A stretch of 64,000 bases of DNA, taken from positions 3,808,001 to 3,872,000 of the forward strand of contig OZ243927.1 in NCBI GenBank assembly GCA_965213925.1, given 5' to 3'. Below are positions 61,991-64,000 of this stretch, piece by piece. A program made the position numbers and the translations under genes. The DNA comes from Trueperaceae bacterium (lineage in GTDB: Bacteria; Deinococcota; Deinococci; Deinococcales; Trueperaceae). Each line of letters opens with the position of its first letter. The first letter of the stretch is position 1. The notes below the pieces were generated by a model. The model searched no databases. It was not told where the DNA came from and saw nothing but the letters and a program-made list of their open reading frames with translations.

Positions 61991-63544
61991 ATGACCTTCC
62001 AAGAGCGGCGCATCGCCGAGGGCTTTCTCTTTACCGACTTCTATCAGCTCACGATGGCGCAGCTTTACTACCGCATGGACTTACACGAGAAACCCGCGCA
62101 GTTCGACCACTTCTTCCGCGAGTACCCGGACTACGGTACGCATCAGGCGGGCTTCTGCGTGAACGCGGGGTTGGGCTGGCTACTCGACTGGATGAACGAG
62201 GCGAAGATTACGGACGAAGAGGTCGAGCACTTGCGCGCACAGAAGGGGCGCACCGGAGCGCAGCTCTTTAGCGACGACTTTTTGGCGTGGCTACGACAAA
62301 ACGGCATGTTCGAGAGCTTGACCCTGCGGGCGGTTCCCGAGGGGCGCGTGGTGCATCCGCACACGCCTTTGACGGTAGTGGAAGGACCCTTAATCATCGC
62401 GCAGCTTTTAGAGACGGCGCTCTTGGCGCAACTCAATTATCAAACGCTCATCGCGACAAAAACGGCGCGCATCAGAGACAGCGCGAGGAGCGGGCTCCTT
62501 TTGGAGTTCGGGATGCGCCGTGCTCAAGATAAAGGTGCGAACGCGGGCACGCGAGCGGCGCTGATTGGCGGCGCGGATTTCAGTTCGAATACGGGGGTCT
62601 CGAGCGTCCTGGGCTATCCCCCCAAAGGCACCCACGCCCACAGCATGGTTCAGGTTTTTATGGCTTTAGGCATGGGCGAAGAGGACGCCTTTCGCGCCTA
62701 CGCGGAGACCTACCCCGACGAGTGCTTGCTCTTGGTGGATACGGTGGACACGCTCCACAGCGGCGTGCCAAACGCGATTAAGATTTTTGAAGAACTCGAG
62801 CGCAAAGGGCACAAGCCAGCGGGCATCCGCCTCGACTCAGGTGATTTGGCGTACTTGAGCATTCAAGCGGCAAAGATGCTCAATGACGCGGGCTTTTCCG
62901 AGGTGCCGATTGTGCTCTCGAGCAACCTAGACGAACTCGTCATCTGGCAGATTTTAACGCAGGTCGCGCAGGAAGCGTCCTCGTATGGCGTAGACCCAGA
63001 CGCGCTTATGGCGCGGCTTACCTACGGCGTCGGCACACGGCTCATCACCTCAGAGGGTGATCCCTCGCTAGGCGGCGTTTACAAACTTGTATCTATACGC
63101 GACGAGGGCGAGTGGCGACCCGCTATCAAAGTCTCAGACTCGCCCGCCAAGACACCCAACCCCGGCAATAAGAGCCTCTGGCGCGTCTACGATGCGCGGG
63201 GCAACGCGACAGCGGATTTAGTCGCGCTGGCTGACGAAACGCTCCACGAGGACGAACGCTTGTCGCTCTATCATCCCTCAGACGCCACGAAACGCCGCGC
63301 TCTGCGCCCGGAAAACGTGAGCCGCGTCGAACCTCTTCTCGTCAACGTGCTCGAAGAGGGCAAGCTCGTTTGCGACCTCCCCGACATCGAAGGAATGCGC
63401 GAACAGCGCGAGCAGGACGTGGCGCACCTCAACTCGGGGGTGAAGCGCCTAGTCAACCCACACATCTACCACGTCTCGCTGACGAAGAAACTCTATGACC
63501 TCAAGCAAAATTTGATTGCGTCGGTGTCGGATAACGGGCATTGA
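61991..63544 (+). CDS. pncB: Nicotinate phosphoribosyltransferase
   Basis: [37 protein letters not shown] and GGVYKL. Confidence 0.93.
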   Translation: MTFQERRIAEGFLFTDFYQLTMAQLYYRMDLHEKPAQFDHFFREYPDYGTHQAGFCVNAGLGWLLDWMNEAKITDEEVEHLRAQKGRTGAQLFSDDFLAWLRQNGMFESLTLRAVPEGRVVHPHTPLTVVEGPLIIAQLLETALLAQLNYQTLIATKTARIRDSARSGLLLEFGMRRAQDKGANAGTRAALIGGADFSSNTGVSSVLGYPPKGTHAHSMVQVFMALGMGEEDAFRAYAETYPDECLLLVDTVDTLHSGVPNAIKIFEELERKGHKPAGIRLDSGDLAYLSIQAAKMLNDAGFSEVPIVLSSNLDELVIWQILTQVAQEASSYGVDPDALMARLTYGVGTRLITSEGDPSLGGVYKLVSIRDEGEWRPAIKVSDSPAKTPNPGNKSLWRVYDARGNATADLVALADETLHEDERLSLYHPSDATKRRALRPENVSRVEPLLVNVLEEGKLVCDLPDIEGMREQREQDVAHLNSGVKRLVNPHIYHVSLTKKLYDLKQNLIASVSDNGH

Positions 63545-63551
63545 GAAGAAA

Positions 63552-63626
63552 TAGTTGAAAGCAATGAGTTGAAAGTAAAAGGCGTTTGGTTTTCCACTTT
63601 CAACTCATTGCTCGGAACTCGTTGCT
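63552..63626. repeat. AGCAATG-heptamer element, copy 4
   Basis: AGTTGAAAGCAATGAGTTGAAAG..CTTTCAACTCATTGCTCGGAACTC. Confidence 0.75.
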
Positions 63627-63756
63627 GTCCTCCATGTGTACCAAATAGGGCCTCAGCAACAGGCCCCGCGTCACCTTTTGGCTATAGTGTCCCTGTAACA
63701 ACGCGATAGAAACGTGTTAGAGGTTGCTCTACATTTAAGAACAAGAGGAGGCAGAG

Positions 63757-64000
63757 ATGAAAGCAGTTATTGCGTCAGCAGTCCGCACCCCTTTCGGATC
63801 ATTTCAGGGGGTTCTTTCCCCGCTCAAGGCGTCTGAAATCGGTGCCGCCGCGATCAAGGAGGCGGTGCGCCGCGCCGGGGTCGAAAACGACCACGTGGAT
63901 ATGGTCTATATGGGCAACGTGCTCCCCGCAGGTATGGGGCAAGCGCCCGCTCGCCAAGCCACGATCTACGCCGGGCTCAGCGAGCACACGCCGACTGTGA
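63757..64000 (+). CDS. Thiolase (acetyl-CoA C-acyltransferase), 3' truncated by the window edge
   Basis: Not in the ORF track. [45 protein letters not shown]. Confidence 0.9.
   Translation, partial: MKAVIASAVRTPFGSFQGVLSPLKASEIGAAAIKEAVRRAGVENDHVDMVYMGNVLPAGMGQAPARQATIYAGLSEHTPTV

Overview
This is a GC-rich bacterial chromosome segment, very likely Deinococcota and probably Truepera-like. The assignment rests on an unlinked 16S rRNA gene, many leaderless TANNNT-N5-7-start promoters, and genes typical of the phylum (recF-DUF721, ATP-cone/2-phosphoglycerate kinase). From start to end it holds: (1) a nitrogen assimilation locus with gltB-gltD and an amt gene coupled to an unknown protein, where both gltB and amt are frameshifted; (2) a ~11 kb uncharacterised glycan operon (galE, UDP-GlcA decarboxylase, GH-GT2 fusion, ABC exporter, APH/choline-kinase-like protein, two paralogous GT-like proteins, two DUF421 genes); (3) divergent dps and an Fe3+ binding protein; (4) vapBC and an IS982-family element splitting a lipoprotein gene; (5) a solitary 16S rRNA gene with a duplicated leader, and tRNA-Asp; (6) recF-DUF721, and aroF-tyrA with a candidate Tyr/Phe leader peptide; (7) a lipoprotein protease, an IS630 element, betC and a DEAD-box helicase; (8) pgeF-mazG-nudix, and hflX with a probable ATT start and structured leader; (9) an FMN riboswitch with ribH-ribE-ribBA (no ribD) followed by a mini-HAD gene; (10) an AGCS symporter with a USP gene, pncB and a partial thiolase. 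Several dispersed palindromic repeat families are present, including a REPIN/MITE-like family with shuffled arms, and CTCGAG is strongly over-represented. All functional calls come from reading motifs by eye; no database searches were run.
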